DNA of 64,000 bases from Alphaproteobacteria bacterium (GCA_964291395.2 OZ219856.1:864001-928000); one strand, 5' to 3'. Shown: positions 30,229 through 40,218, counted from the stretch's first letter. Notes: generated by a model from the letters alone, not told the origin. Numbers and translations: made by a program.

Positions 30229-30657
30229 ATGAGTGAAACGATCACCCTGCACGGACATCCCGTCAGCAGGGGCGTCGGCGAGGGCGAAGCCCTGGTCTGC
30301 GATAAGCCGTTGAGCTTTATCGCCGTCGGCATCAGCAACGAGGAAGGAATCGTGCGTATCGATAAGCACCCTCTGAACGGCCAGTCGATCGCCGGCAAGG
30401 TGCTGATTTACGACACCGACATCTTTTCGACCGGTGGTGCCCTCAGCATGTACACCAAGAAGACGATCTACAAGACGGCACCCGCCGCCGTTATCTGGCG
30501 CAAAGCCCATAACATCGGGGCCGGCGGCACCATCTACGCCGGTGTCCCCTCGATGGACCAGATCGAGGAAGGGTTGCCCTGGGATTTGATCAGCACTGGT
30601 GACTGGGTGAAGGTCGACTCCGAACAGGGCATCGTCGAAGTGACGAAGAAGTCCTAG
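30229..30657 (+). CDS. Aconitase X small (swivel, DUF126) subunit, copy 1
   Basis: G.GEGEALV...PLSF...G.....HPLNGQSIAGKVL, APAAVI, GDWVKVD. RBS GAGGA. Confidence 0.85.
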   Translation: MSETITLHGHPVSRGVGEGEALVCDKPLSFIAVGISNEEGIVRIDKHPLNGQSIAGKVLIYDTDIFSTGGALSMYTKKTIYKTAPAAVIWRKAHNIGAGGTIYAGVPSMDQIEEGLPWDLISTGDWVKVDSEQGIVEVTKKS

Positions 30658-30704
30658 GACCGATCTTCCGGGTTCGGTTGCGGTCGGTACGAGGAGGCGA
30701 GTTC

Positions 30705-31982
30705 GTGCGGCTCAGCGATGCCGACAAACGCAAGCTCGACGGCGAGGAAGGACCGGCGGTCCGGCACGCCATGGAGCATCTCGTGAAGATGGGCGAGGCG
30801 TTCGAGGCCGAGGAGATGGTGGACTTGCATTCCTGCCATCTGCTCTCGGACTACCGCACCATGGGCGAGGGCGGGCTCGAGTTCTACGAGCAACTCGTCG
30901 AGTGGGGCGGCATCATGCGCGTGCCGACGACTTGCGATCCGATGTCCATGGACATGAAGAACATGGATAAGTTCGACTGGCCGGAGGGGTACCCGGAGAA
31001 ACAGACGCGCATCTCGGACGCCTTCCGCGACCTCGGTGTGGCACTTACCTTCTCGTGCACGCCGCACCTCGGCCATAACGTACCCAAGTTCGGCGAGAAC
31101 CTGGCCTGGGTCGAGGGAAATGCGACGGGTTACGCCAATTCGGTGCTGGGAGCCCGCGGCAACCGGGAAGACAGCATTACGGCGCCGCTCGCCGGCATCG
31201 CCGGGCGTACGCCCAAGTTCGGTCTGCTGGATCCGGAGAACCGCGTCGGCGAATGCCTGGTCGAGATCGATCCGAACCTCATGGAGCGGTTGGGCGGCGA
31301 CGGCCGCCGGGCCGGCGATTTTTCGGCACTGGGAATGATCATCGGCGATTTCGCCTATGACCGCGTTCCGGTGGTCACGGGCCTCCGTCCGAACCTGGAG
31401 ACCGAAGAGCTCAAGGCCATGTGCTCCGCGTGCTCGCCGGCCCTGATCGGGACACTGATGTTCCTGGTCGGCATCAGCCCGGAAGCGAACACCGTCGAAG
31501 AGGCGTTCGGAGGCAAGGTGCCGAAGGACGTCGATCGGCTGCGGGTCGACGCCGACACCATGCGCCAGGCCTACGAACAGCTCTCCAACACCACCAAGGA
31601 AGACGTCGATGTCGTCATGTCGGGTTGCCCCTTCAAGACCATCTACGAGATCCAGGAAGTGGTGGAGCAGCTCGGCGACGACAAGGTCAAGGAAGGCGTG
31701 AAGTTCATCATCCACACGGACCGGGTCACCTACGTCCTGGCCGAGCACATGGGCCTGGTGGACAGGATCGTCGATGCCGGCGCGCTGCTGACCACCGACA
31801 CCTGCGAATACTGCATGCCGATCGAGAACATGTACGGTCCCGATACGGTCATCGCCGCCGACAGCATGAAGATGCGCCGCCTCGTCGCCGGGGAAGGCAA
31901 GCCGACGTGGCGCTACGGGACGCTGACGGACTGCGTCAACGCCGCGATCACCGGCAAGTTCCGCCCCACCCGTTGGAACTGA
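30705..31982 (+). CDS. Aconitase X large subunit, copy 2
   Basis: Colinear paralogue of 28911-30188 (TFSCTPH, GCPFK, TDTCEYCMP). GAGGAGG precedes GTG 30705. Confidence 0.85.
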   Translation: MRLSDADKRKLDGEEGPAVRHAMEHLVKMGEAFEAEEMVDLHSCHLLSDYRTMGEGGLEFYEQLVEWGGIMRVPTTCDPMSMDMKNMDKFDWPEGYPEKQTRISDAFRDLGVALTFSCTPHLGHNVPKFGENLAWVEGNATGYANSVLGARGNREDSITAPLAGIAGRTPKFGLLDPENRVGECLVEIDPNLMERLGGDGRRAGDFSALGMIIGDFAYDRVPVVTGLRPNLETEELKAMCSACSPALIGTLMFLVGISPEANTVEEAFGGKVPKDVDRLRVDADTMRQAYEQLSNTTKEDVDVVMSGCPFKTIYEIQEVVEQLGDDKVKEGVKFIIHTDRVTYVLAEHMGLVDRIVDAGALLTTDTCEYCMPIENMYGPDTVIAADSMKMRRLVAGEGKPTWRYGTLTDCVNAAITGKFRPTRWN

Positions 31983-32011
31983 CGGGCGTTGGGTTTTCGC
32001 GAGGATCGGGC

Positions 32012-32440
32012 ATGGGTGGGACCATCACGCTGCACGGACGCCCCATCTCCAAGGGCGTGGCCGAAGGCGAAGCGATCGTCACGGACAAGGCACTGTCGTT
32101 CATCGCCGCCGCGATCACCAACGACGAGGGGATCGTGCGCATGGACGGCCATCCCCTCCAAGGGAGGTCGGTCATGGACAAAGTTCTGGTCTACGACACC
32201 GACATCTACTCAACCGGCGCGGGGCTCAGCTTTTACACCAAATGGAAGATCAACCAGTCGACGCCGCGCGCGATTATCTGCCGCGAGATGCACAACATCG
32301 GCGGCGGTTTTACGATCTACACGGGCGTACCGTCGATCGACCGCATCCAGGAAGGCCTGCCCTGGGATCTCATCGGCGACGGCGACTGGGTCAAGGTCGA
32401 CTCCGTGCAGGGCATCATCGAGGTGACGAAGAGGTCCTAA
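32012..32440 (+). CDS. Aconitase X small (swivel) subunit, copy 2
   Basis: C-terminal part of ORF 31421-32440 (MGGTITLHGRPISKGVAEGEAIV...GDWVKVDS). Same length (429 nt) as copy 1. Confidence 0.85.
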   Translation: MGGTITLHGRPISKGVAEGEAIVTDKALSFIAAAITNDEGIVRMDGHPLQGRSVMDKVLVYDTDIYSTGAGLSFYTKWKINQSTPRAIICREMHNIGGGFTIYTGVPSIDRIQEGLPWDLIGDGDWVKVDSVQGIIEVTKRS

Positions 32441-32464
32441 GGGGATGGAGCGCGCCATGGCGCT

Positions 32465-33376
32465 TCACTTCCGCAGTACCGGGATGACGTCTTGGGCGAT
32501 GGTCTCGAACATGGGGCGATCGGATTCCAGAACAGGGTAGTCGAGCATGAACTCCGAGATGCCCAGTTCCCGGAACCGCTCCACCGCTTCGACGAAGGCG
32601 TCCTTGGACGCGTAGTACGGTATGGCGTCGCTAGCGTCCCGCGCCGGTTTGTCGAGCAGCACATAGGACCGGCGAATCTCCCCGGGGTCGCGCCCGACGG
32701 CATGGCAATGCTCTTCGAGAATCTCGATGCGTTCGCGCGTTTCCGCAAGTTGCCCTTCGAGCGTTCCGGCGCGTCCAATGCTGTTCCAGATGTCTGCAAA
32801 CCTGGCCACGTGCATGAGCATGTTCCGCCCAATGGTCCCAACGGCAATGGGCGGCCGGGGCTGCTGAATGGACCGGGGAATCATCACTGCATCCCGGATG
32901 GTGTAGTAGGAGCCGTCGTAGCTGGTGGTCTCCTGCCGCAACAGCAGGTCGATGATCTCGACGTATTCTCCGAACCGTGCAACCCGCTCCTCCAGTGGCC
33001 AGTTCGCCAATCCCATCATGCCGTATGAGGGGTCCGACGTGAGTCCGATCCCGAGGCCGATGACAAGACGCCCGGCGGAGATCTGATCCACTGTGAGCGC
33101 CTGACGCGCCAATATGGCCGGATTGCGCAACGGTATCTGCGTGACATACGTCGCGAGCTTGATGTGCGAGGTCTCCCGCGCGGCGGCCGCAAGGGTCGTC
33201 CATCCTTCCAGCCATGGATCCGTAGGCGAGGGTTTCGGGTATCGCCAGTCGACAAAATGGTCCGCGGTGGCCACCAGATCGAAGCCGAGTTCCTCCACGT
33301 GCCGGAAGCGGGCAAGGAGCTCCTCCCCCGGCACATTGGGCAGAAGGAGAACCTGAAACTCCAACTTGTGATTCAC
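32465..33376 (-). CDS. LLM class flavin-dependent oxidoreductase
   Basis: VEELGFD...ADHF, LEGWTTLAA, RNPAILARQALTVDQIS.GRL.IGLG.G, QQPRPPI. Confidence 0.9.
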   Translation of the reverse strand: MNHKLEFQVLLLPNVPGEELLARFRHVEELGFDLVATADHFVDWRYPKPSPTDPWLEGWTTLAAAARETSHIKLATYVTQIPLRNPAILARQALTVDQISAGRLVIGLGIGLTSDPSYGMMGLANWPLEERVARFGEYVEIIDLLLRQETTSYDGSYYTIRDAVMIPRSIQQPRPPIAVGTIGRNMLMHVARFADIWNSIGRAGTLEGQLAETRERIEILEEHCHAVGRDPGEIRRSYVLLDKPARDASDAIPYYASKDAFVEAVERFRELGISEFMLDYPVLESDRPMFETIAQDVIPVLRK

Positions 33377-33379
33377 GGG

Positions 33380-35347
33380 CTAAAGCTCTCGCCCCACACG
33401 GTGACCGTCGACGATCGCGAGTTCGATGTCCCGCGGCTGATAGCAGTCGCCGATGGCGTAAACCTCGGGAAACTGATCCTTGAGTTCCTGATAGAGCGCA
33501 TCGTCGGGCTCTCCCCCGGCGGCCAGAACCACGGTGTCGACGTTCTCTATGGTGCGCGGTTCCCAGGTGACGACGTTGTAGACGTCGACGGAGTTCTCCA
33601 ATACCTCCCAAACGCCCGTGAACGGCGTCAGCGCGACACCCTTCTTGAGCAGACTCTCCGTTAGGTTGTGCCATGCCGGGCCCGGCATATTCCGGCCGAC
33701 AAATTCCAGCCCGGTGACGACCTCAACGTCTCGTCCCTGGTCCACCAGGTATTCCGCGACGGTCGGTGCTTCGGCACGGCCTAAGGTGTCGACGACCAGA
33801 ATCCGTTGGCCGATGGGGGCATTGCCCAGCAGGACTTGTCTCGCGCTCAGCACATGCTTTTTGTCGACGCCCGGTACCTCGGGGCGAAACGCGGTCGAAC
33901 CTGTTGCGATGACGACCGCGTCCGGTTCTTCAGCCGACAAATCTTCCTCTCCTGCCTCATGGGCCAACCGCACGTCTACGGCCAGCTTCCGAAGCTGACG
34001 TTCGAAGAAGAAGATGATTTCCTCGAAGATCTCCCGAGCCGGTGTCCGCATCACCAAATTGACCTGACCGCCCAGGCGCTGCCCCTTCTCGAACAAGATC
34101 ACCTCGTGCCCGCGTTCGGCCGCGACACGAGCTGCCTCACAGCCGGCCGGTCCCCCACCCACGATGACGACTTTCCTCTCGGACTCCGCCGGCGGCAGTT
34201 CCGACCAGTGCAGCTCCCGTCCAGTGACAGGGTTGTAAATGCAGCCGACGCCCATGCCGAGGTCGACGTGGCCGACGCAGCTCTGGGTGCACGCAATGCA
34301 GGTTCGGATATCGTCGGTCCGCCCCTCCCGGACCTTGTTGGGCCAGTGAGGATCGGCAATGAGCACGCGAGCCATGCCGATGATGTCGGCCTTGCCTTCC
34401 TTGATCATGCCGTCCGCCAGAGTCGGGGAATCGATGCGCCCGGTGCCGACCACGGGAAGCGTCGTGGCTTCCTTCAGTCCCGCTGGAAGATGAGCGAACT
34501 GGCCCGGCTTGTAGTAGTGGGACGGCCAATGCTGGCGGCCGCTCCTCGGACTCGCCACCAAGCCCTGCCACATGTTGAAGTAGTCGACCTTCCCCGCGTT
34601 CTCGATGAAGCCGACCATCTGCTTGTAGTCGTCGAGCCCCAGACTGTAATCGACGAGATCATCATAGAAACGGATGCCGAGGAGACGATCGGGTTTGAGG
34701 GCATCCCGCACGGCGTCGATCACCTCGCTCAGGAAGGTCATCCTTTCCTCTAGGGTGTCGCCACCATATTTGTCGTCGCGGAAATTCGCCTGGGCGTTGA
34801 GGAAGTTGGAGAACAGATAGTCGACGCCAACCGCGAGTTCGACACCATCCATGTCACCCCGCACGACACGGTCCGCGGCCATACCAAACTGTTCGACGAC
34901 CTGCTCGACTTCAGCAGTAGACATGGCGTGGGGCATGAATTGGGAGGAGGAGAAATCAGGGGCGGGTACTGCGGACGCCGACACGACTCGGCTTTGCAGG
35001 AACCCGGCCTCGGTCGGGCGCCGCCCACGGTGGCCAAGCTGTGCCAGTATGGGCACGTCGTGGGTGTGGGTGGCCTCGGCAAACTTCTTGTAGAATTCGG
35101 TAATGCGTTCGTCGTAGCTGCAAATGTCGCGTGCGTGGTCGCCATCGTAGTGGGGCACCGTATGGCCGGTGACGATGATCCCGGCGCCACCCTTGGCGCG
35201 CTCGCGGATGTAGGCGACGTATTGCTCCGTAGGAATTCCGTCTCCGCTCTTGAACTGGGCGCCGTGGCCAGTGTTCATGATCCGGTTCTTGATCGTGTAG
35301 GTTCCGACCTTCAGAGGACAGAACAGGCTGGGAAACGGGTTTGTCAT
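33380..35347 (-). CDS. Old-yellow-enzyme-like FMN/[4Fe-4S]/FAD oxidoreductase (TMADH/DgcA/StcD-type architecture)
   Basis: ERAKGGAG, QLGHRGR, N.RDDKYGG.LEERM.F, CIACTQSC...C cluster motif, VGGGPAG.EAAR FAD site, AIGDC..PR. Confidence 0.88.
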   Translation of the reverse strand: MTNPFPSLFCPLKVGTYTIKNRIMNTGHGAQFKSGDGIPTEQYVAYIRERAKGGAGIIVTGHTVPHYDGDHARDICSYDERITEFYKKFAEATHTHDVPILAQLGHRGRRPTEAGFLQSRVVSASAVPAPDFSSSQFMPHAMSTAEVEQVVEQFGMAADRVVRGDMDGVELAVGVDYLFSNFLNAQANFRDDKYGGDTLEERMTFLSEVIDAVRDALKPDRLLGIRFYDDLVDYSLGLDDYKQMVGFIENAGKVDYFNMWQGLVASPRSGRQHWPSHYYKPGQFAHLPAGLKEATTLPVVGTGRIDSPTLADGMIKEGKADIIGMARVLIADPHWPNKVREGRTDDIRTCIACTQSCVGHVDLGMGVGCIYNPVTGRELHWSELPPAESERKVVIVGGGPAGCEAARVAAERGHEVILFEKGQRLGGQVNLVMRTPAREIFEEIIFFFERQLRKLAVDVRLAHEAGEEDLSAEEPDAVVIATGSTAFRPEVPGVDKKHVLSARQVLLGNAPIGQRILVVDTLGRAEAPTVAEYLVDQGRDVEVVTGLEFVGRNMPGPAWHNLTESLLKKGVALTPFTGVWEVLENSVDVYNVVTWEPRTIENVDTVVLAAGGEPDDALYQELKDQFPEVYAIGDCYQPRDIELAIVDGHRVGREL

Positions 35348-35369
35348 GAGGATGCGGGGCGGCCTGTGT

Positions 35370-36197
35370 CTAGCGCGCTCTCCTGTAAAGGATCGTGTAG
35401 ATGATCACGAACAACGCGATCATCAGCAACGAGAAGATCGTCGAGGCCGTGCCAAGGGCAAACAGGGTCGGGCGGATGCGCTGGGTCATTGAGGCGTTGA
35501 TATCGAGCGGCAGGGTGTTGAACTCCCCCGACAGGAGGGTCGTTCGCGCGAACTCGTCGTAGGAGAGCGTGAAGCCGAACAGGCCCGCGGCGACGATCCC
35601 CGGCAATATGAGCGGGAAGGTCACCTCCTTGAACACGGTCCATTCGTCGGCCCCCATGTCCCGGGCCGCCTCCTCCAGCCCGCCGTCGAAGCGGTTGAAG
35701 ACCGCCATCATGACGAGAAAACCGAACGGCAGGGTCCACACCACGTGGACGCCGAGCGCCGAGGACCACCACGCCGGCGGAATGCCGACCTCCTTCAAGA
35801 GCGTGGCGAGGCCGAGGCTGAGCAGGATTCCGGGCACCATCAGCCCGGCCATGATGGTGTAGAACAGCACGCCTGAACCCGCGAACCGCTTGCGGAAGGC
35901 CATGGCCAGCATGGTCGAGAACAGCGCCGTGACAGCCGTGACGATGAGCGCCAGGATCAGTGAACGCAACAGGGCGCCCTGCAGGTCGCCGACGGTCGAC
36001 GGCTCGATCAGCTTCTCCCACCAGTAGAGACTGACGCCGCGCATCGGGAAGCTGGTGCCGCCGCGGCGCCCTTGGAACGAGAGCACGAACATGGCGATCA
36101 TCGGTCCGTAGATGAAGATCAGGAAGAGCGCGTAGTAGACGCTGTAGCCCGTCTTGATCCAGGTCCGACGCCGCCGTTCCCGTGTCCATCGCCGCAT
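35370..36197 (-). CDS. ABC transporter permease (PotC-like)
   Basis: EEAARDMGA EAA loop, GFTLSYDEFART, six TM segments. Confidence 0.92.
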   Translation of the reverse strand: MRRWTRERRRRTWIKTGYSVYYALFLIFIYGPMIAMFVLSFQGRRGGTSFPMRGVSLYWWEKLIEPSTVGDLQGALLRSLILALIVTAVTALFSTMLAMAFRKRFAGSGVLFYTIMAGLMVPGILLSLGLATLLKEVGIPPAWWSSALGVHVVWTLPFGFLVMMAVFNRFDGGLEEAARDMGADEWTVFKEVTFPLILPGIVAAGLFGFTLSYDEFARTTLLSGEFNTLPLDINASMTQRIRPTLFALGTASTIFSLLMIALFVIIYTILYRRAR

Positions 36198-36198
36198 G

Positions 36199-37182
36199 TC
36201 AGAGCTCCTTTCGGATGTCGACGATCTTCAGGATGACCACCACGCCGATCATCATCGAGAGCATCAGCATGAGCGCGTTCACCGCCGCGAAGGGGTAGTT
36301 GGCGATCGCGTAGTAGTTGAGGATGACGGTGCCCGTGGTGCTGGTCTTGCCGCCGTAGACCACGACGGCGGTCGCGAACTCGCCCATGATCATCACGAAG
36401 ATGAAGATCATGCCGATGGCGACGCCGGGCAGGGACAGCGGTCCGATGATTTCGCGGAACACCTGGAAGGCCGAGGCGCCCATGTCGCGGGCCGCCTCGA
36501 GGATGGCCTGATCGATCTTGGCGAGCGAGAAGAATATCGGGCCGACGCACAACACGACGTAGAGCTGCACCAGCGCCATGGTGTAGCCGAATTCCGAGTA
36601 CAACAGGATGCCGACCGGCTTGTCGATGATGTCGAGGCCCATCAGCATCTTGTTGAACAGGCCGCGCCGTCCCAGCATGGGGATCCAGGCCACGGCCCGG
36701 ATGAGATAGCTCGTCCAGAAGGGCACCATGCACAGCAGGAAGAGTGCGAGCTGCCACTTGAAGCTCTTGACCTGCATCGCCAGGAAGTAGGCGATCGGAT
36801 AGCCGATGACGAGGCACAGGACCATCACGACCAGCGCGAAGTAGAACGTCGATCCCAGCGTCCGGATAAACACGCTGGGGCGCAGGAAGTTGTCGTCGCC
36901 CGGGATGAAGAACCCTTCGTTGTGGAAATACTCGCCGTAATGATGGAGCGTGACGTCCGGCTCCATGCCGTGTCCGCTCGACGTCCAGAAGCTGAAGACG
37001 ACAATGCTGATCAACGGGATGACGAGGAATACGATGAGCCAGATCGTCGCCGGCGCGATCAACCATCCCGTGGGGAACCCGGCTTCGCGCCTGAATTGCT
37101 TTGCCTCGCCGGCAGTCGTCGGTGGGGTCGGCTGCGAGCCGATGAGGCCTCCGTGGTGTCCGTTGACGACTTGGTCGACCAT
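36199..37182 (-). CDS. ABC transporter permease (PotB-like)
   Basis: IGYPIAYFL, PFWTSYLIR, EAARDMGA. Start ATG 37182 (alternative GTG 37191). Confidence 0.92.
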   Translation of the reverse strand: MVDQVVNGHHGGLIGSQPTPPTTAGEAKQFRREAGFPTGWLIAPATIWLIVFLVIPLISIVVFSFWTSSGHGMEPDVTLHHYGEYFHNEGFFIPGDDNFLRPSVFIRTLGSTFYFALVVMVLCLVIGYPIAYFLAMQVKSFKWQLALFLLCMVPFWTSYLIRAVAWIPMLGRRGLFNKMLMGLDIIDKPVGILLYSEFGYTMALVQLYVVLCVGPIFFSLAKIDQAILEAARDMGASAFQVFREIIGPLSLPGVAIGMIFIFVMIMGEFATAVVVYGGKTSTTGTVILNYYAIANYPFAAVNALMLMLSMMIGVVVILKIVDIRKEL

Positions 37183-37233
37183 CGGTGTCACCTAGCCTCG
37201 TCCACCAAACCGTCCGGAAGCGGAGCGAGAAGA

Positions 37234-37294
37234 ACGGGCCGGCACGGCACCAGCCGTCCGGCCCGTCTGCTAGGTCTCGGGATTCGGTCCCGAG
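37234..37294 (-). other. Two GC-rich intercistronic stem-loops after the solute-binding protein gene
   Basis: acgggccggcacggc-acca-gccgtccggcccgt (37234-37266) and ctcggga-ttcgg-tcccgag (37276-37294). This is the usual position for mRNA-stabilising hairpins. Confidence 0.5.
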
Positions 37295-37306
37295 CGCGTC
37301 GTTGAG

Positions 37307-38593
37307 TCAGGCGCTCAGGAACTCCGTCCAACGCTTCACCAGGTAGTCGTTCTCGTCCATGAGCGAGTTCCACACGGCGATGTTCTTGAAGCGGTCCCAA
37401 TAGGATCCGCCGTCCCGAATCTCGCCTTCCGGCACGATGATCGTGCCGAATGGATCCGGCAGCTCCTTGGCCGCGGGCTTGCCCATGTACCAGTAGTCCC
37501 ATTCCTCGGGCTCGAGGAATTTCTTGACGTTGTCAGGCACCGACATGTAGTAGCCCTGCCGCGCCACGAACGCACCCGCCCAGCCGTCGAGCCACCAGTT
37601 GACGTACTCGTAAGCCTGATCGAGGGCCTTGCCGGTAGCCTTCGCCGAAATCGAGAGACAACCGTGCCAGCCGCGCATGCCTTCCTTGGGGAAGGCGTAA
37701 ATGCAAGGCACGCCTTCGGCCTTGATGGCGGTCACGGCCGGAGACCACATGCTTTCGAGGACGACCTCGCCGCTCACCATCAGGTTCACGGACTGGCCGA
37801 AGGTCTCCCAGAAAGCCCGGAAATGACCTTCTTTCTTCTTTTTGATCAGGAAATCGATGAGGAAATCGATCTCCTCCCGGGTCATGTTGCCCTTGTCCTT
37901 GAACTTGCGGAGACCCAGGGCCTCGACGCCCATGGCCGCGTCCATGGTGCCGATCTGGGGGACGTTCAAGAGAGCGACCTGGCCTTTGAAGTCCTCGCTG
38001 AAAAGCTCGGCCCAGCTGTCGATCTTCCGGCCCGTCTCCTCCGGGTTGTAGCCCATCGAGTCGGCATTGTGCCAACCGGGCACTGCGGTGATGTATCGCG
38101 ACGGGCCCTCGACGCGGTCGCCGTTCTCGTCGATCCAGAGGTGGCGGAACGGCGCATCGCCCTGACCGACATTCGAATCGGGGGTGAGCCTGCCCGTCTT
38201 GCACAGGTCCGTGATCGCATCCCACTGCTTGATACGCCTGGTATCGATGGGTTGCCACACCTTCGCCGGGACCATGACGTCGAAATCGTTGTAATAGCCT
38301 TCGGCGACCTCGTACTGATCGTTCTGGTTCAGCATCTTGCCGAACATGGCGCCATACCCGAGCGCTTGGCCGCGAATGGGAAACCCGAGGTCCTTGGAAG
38401 CCTGTCCCTGGATTTCGTTGATGATACTGACACCGAGTCCGATCGTGCGGGTTGGATCGGCCGCGCGAACGATGTTGGGAAAACCCGTGATCGCGCCGGC
38501 GACCGCGGTTCCCGCCGCCGTGCCGACGAACTGGCGGCGCGTGAGACCCGCCTTACGGACCGGTGTGGGCGTCTTTTGCCGTTTCTTGGCCAT
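37307..38593 (-). CDS. ABC transporter solute-binding protein (PotD/F-like) with Tat signal
   Basis: TRRQFV twin-arginine signal, NADSMGYN, FRAFW, SMWSPAV, AYEYVNW, RDGGS...WNSLMDEN. Confidence 0.9.
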   Translation of the reverse strand: MAKKRQKTPTPVRKAGLTRRQFVGTAAGTAVAGAITGFPNIVRAADPTRTIGLGVSIINEIQGQASKDLGFPIRGQALGYGAMFGKMLNQNDQYEVAEGYYNDFDVMVPAKVWQPIDTRRIKQWDAITDLCKTGRLTPDSNVGQGDAPFRHLWIDENGDRVEGPSRYITAVPGWHNADSMGYNPEETGRKIDSWAELFSEDFKGQVALLNVPQIGTMDAAMGVEALGLRKFKDKGNMTREEIDFLIDFLIKKKKEGHFRAFWETFGQSVNLMVSGEVVLESMWSPAVTAIKAEGVPCIYAFPKEGMRGWHGCLSISAKATGKALDQAYEYVNWWLDGWAGAFVARQGYYMSVPDNVKKFLEPEEWDYWYMGKPAAKELPDPFGTIIVPEGEIRDGGSYWDRFKNIAVWNSLMDENDYLVKRWTEFLSA

Positions 38594-38766
38594 CGCATCC
38601 TCCCCTTGTGTTGTCGCTGCCCATTCGTTGAGCCGGATCCGGAGGCAATCGCGTCGCGGTCCTGAAATCCGGCGAAACCGAGTCGTTGGTACCCATATTA
38701 CCCGTGCCGGGATGATACATTAGGTCGATTGGATTGGGAACGCCGTGTGCCGGGGAGGATGGTGCC

Positions 38767-40218
38767 ATGAGCGTATTGATCAAGAACGGTCGTGTCGTCA
38801 CGGCGTCGGACGACTATCACGCGGACATCTTCGTCAGCGACGAGACCGTCGATGTGATCGGCCGTGACCTCGTGATCGAGGCGGACACCGTCATCGACGC
38901 GTCCGGGAAGCTCGTGATCCCCGGCGGCGTCGATCCCCACACGCACATGGAGATGCCGTTCGGCGGCACACAGACTTCGGATACATTCGAGACCGGAACG
39001 AAGGCGGCAGCGTTCGGCGGCACCACTTGTATCATCGACTTCGCCATACAATTCAAAGGTGAATCGACCATCGCGGCGCTCGACAAATGGCATGCCAAGG
39101 CCGCCGGGCAGGCCTCCGTCGACTACGGCTTTCACATGATCATCACCGACATGCCGGAGCACCGGACGCCGGAGATGCGCCGCCTCTCGGACGAAGGGGT
39201 GACCAGCTACAAGCTGTTCATGGCGTATCCCGGCGTGTTGCTGTCCGATGACGGCACGATTTTCCGCGCGATGCGCAAGGCGGGGGAAGACGGGACGCTC
39301 GTTTGCATGCATGCGGAGAACGGCGTCGTCATCGATGAGCTGGTCAAAATTGCGTTATCGGAAGGCCATATCGAGCCCAAGTACCACGCTTTGACGCGCC
39401 CTACCCGATTGGAGGCGGAGGGCGTACACCGGGCTCTCTCCATCGCCGAGGTGGCTCGCGCGCCGGTCTATATCGTGCACCTCAGCAGCTACGACGCGCT
39501 TCAGGAAATCCGCTTGGCGCAGGCGCGCGGCGTGATGGCGCACGCGGAGACCTGCCCGCAGTACCTCTTGCTTGACGTCTCGGCCTACGACGAGCCGGGG
39601 TTTGACGGTTCTAAGTTCGTGCTGACGCCGCCGCTTCGCGAGAAATGGAATCAGGAGGAATTGTGGCGTGGATTGCGCGGTGGCGCGCTCCATGTGATTT
39701 CCACCGACCACTGCCCGTTCTGCGTGAAGGAGCAGAAGGAACTCGGCCGCGACGACTTCAGCAAGATCCCCAACGGCGGCCCGGGCGTCGAGAACCGTAT
39801 GAGCCTGATCTACCACTATGGTGTCGGCAAGGGGTACATCGACCTCAACCGTTTCGTCGAGTTGACCTCGACGTCGCCCGCCAAGATCTTCGGCCTGTTC
39901 CCGAAGAAGGGGACCATCGCGGTCGGCAGCGACGCCGACATCGTCATCTTCGATCCCGAGCACGAAGAGACCATCAGCTACTACAACCCCCGGACCCACC
40001 ACATGAACATCGACTACACCGCTTACGAGGGCTTCGCCGTAAAGGGGTTCACGGAAACCGTGTTGTCACGGGGCAAGCTGGTGATCGACAAAGGTCAATA
40101 CGTGGGCCGCCCGGGTTATGGTCGGTTCGTCAAGCGCGGTCCCTACGGCGGCATCTACAAGCCTGAAGCGGCCGGTAACATCACCACGCCCGCCGCCATG
40201 CGCCTCGCTGCGGAATAG
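38767..40218 (+). CDS. hydA: Dihydropyrimidinase / D-hydantoinase (copy 2)
   Basis: PGGVDPHTHMEMPFGG, SYKLFMAY, HAENG, ETCPQYL, STDHCPF, KIPNGGPGVENR. GGGGAGG precedes ATG 38767. Confidence 0.94.
   Translation: MSVLIKNGRVVTASDDYHADIFVSDETVDVIGRDLVIEADTVIDASGKLVIPGGVDPHTHMEMPFGGTQTSDTFETGTKAAAFGGTTCIIDFAIQFKGESTIAALDKWHAKAAGQASVDYGFHMIITDMPEHRTPEMRRLSDEGVTSYKLFMAYPGVLLSDDGTIFRAMRKAGEDGTLVCMHAENGVVIDELVKIALSEGHIEPKYHALTRPTRLEAEGVHRALSIAEVARAPVYIVHLSSYDALQEIRLAQARGVMAHAETCPQYLLLDVSAYDEPGFDGSKFVLTPPLREKWNQEELWRGLRGGALHVISTDHCPFCVKEQKELGRDDFSKIPNGGPGVENRMSLIYHYGVGKGYIDLNRFVELTSTSPAKIFGLFPKKGTIAVGSDADIVIFDPEHEETISYYNPRTHHMNIDYTAYEGFAVKGFTETVLSRGKLVIDKGQYVGRPGYGRFVKRGPYGGIYKPEAAGNITTPAAMRLAAE

Noticed and set aside
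31421-32011. Long N-terminal part of ORF 31421-32440
   Set aside because: It overlaps AcnX large subunit 2 in another frame. The real gene starts at ATG 32012 and matches the length of its paralogue.
6224-40218. Several proteins end in AAE (stops at 7036, 14145, 16775, 40218)
   Set aside because: This C-terminus is frequent in Alphaproteobacteria and also occurs outside the candidate system, so it is at most a taxonomic hint.
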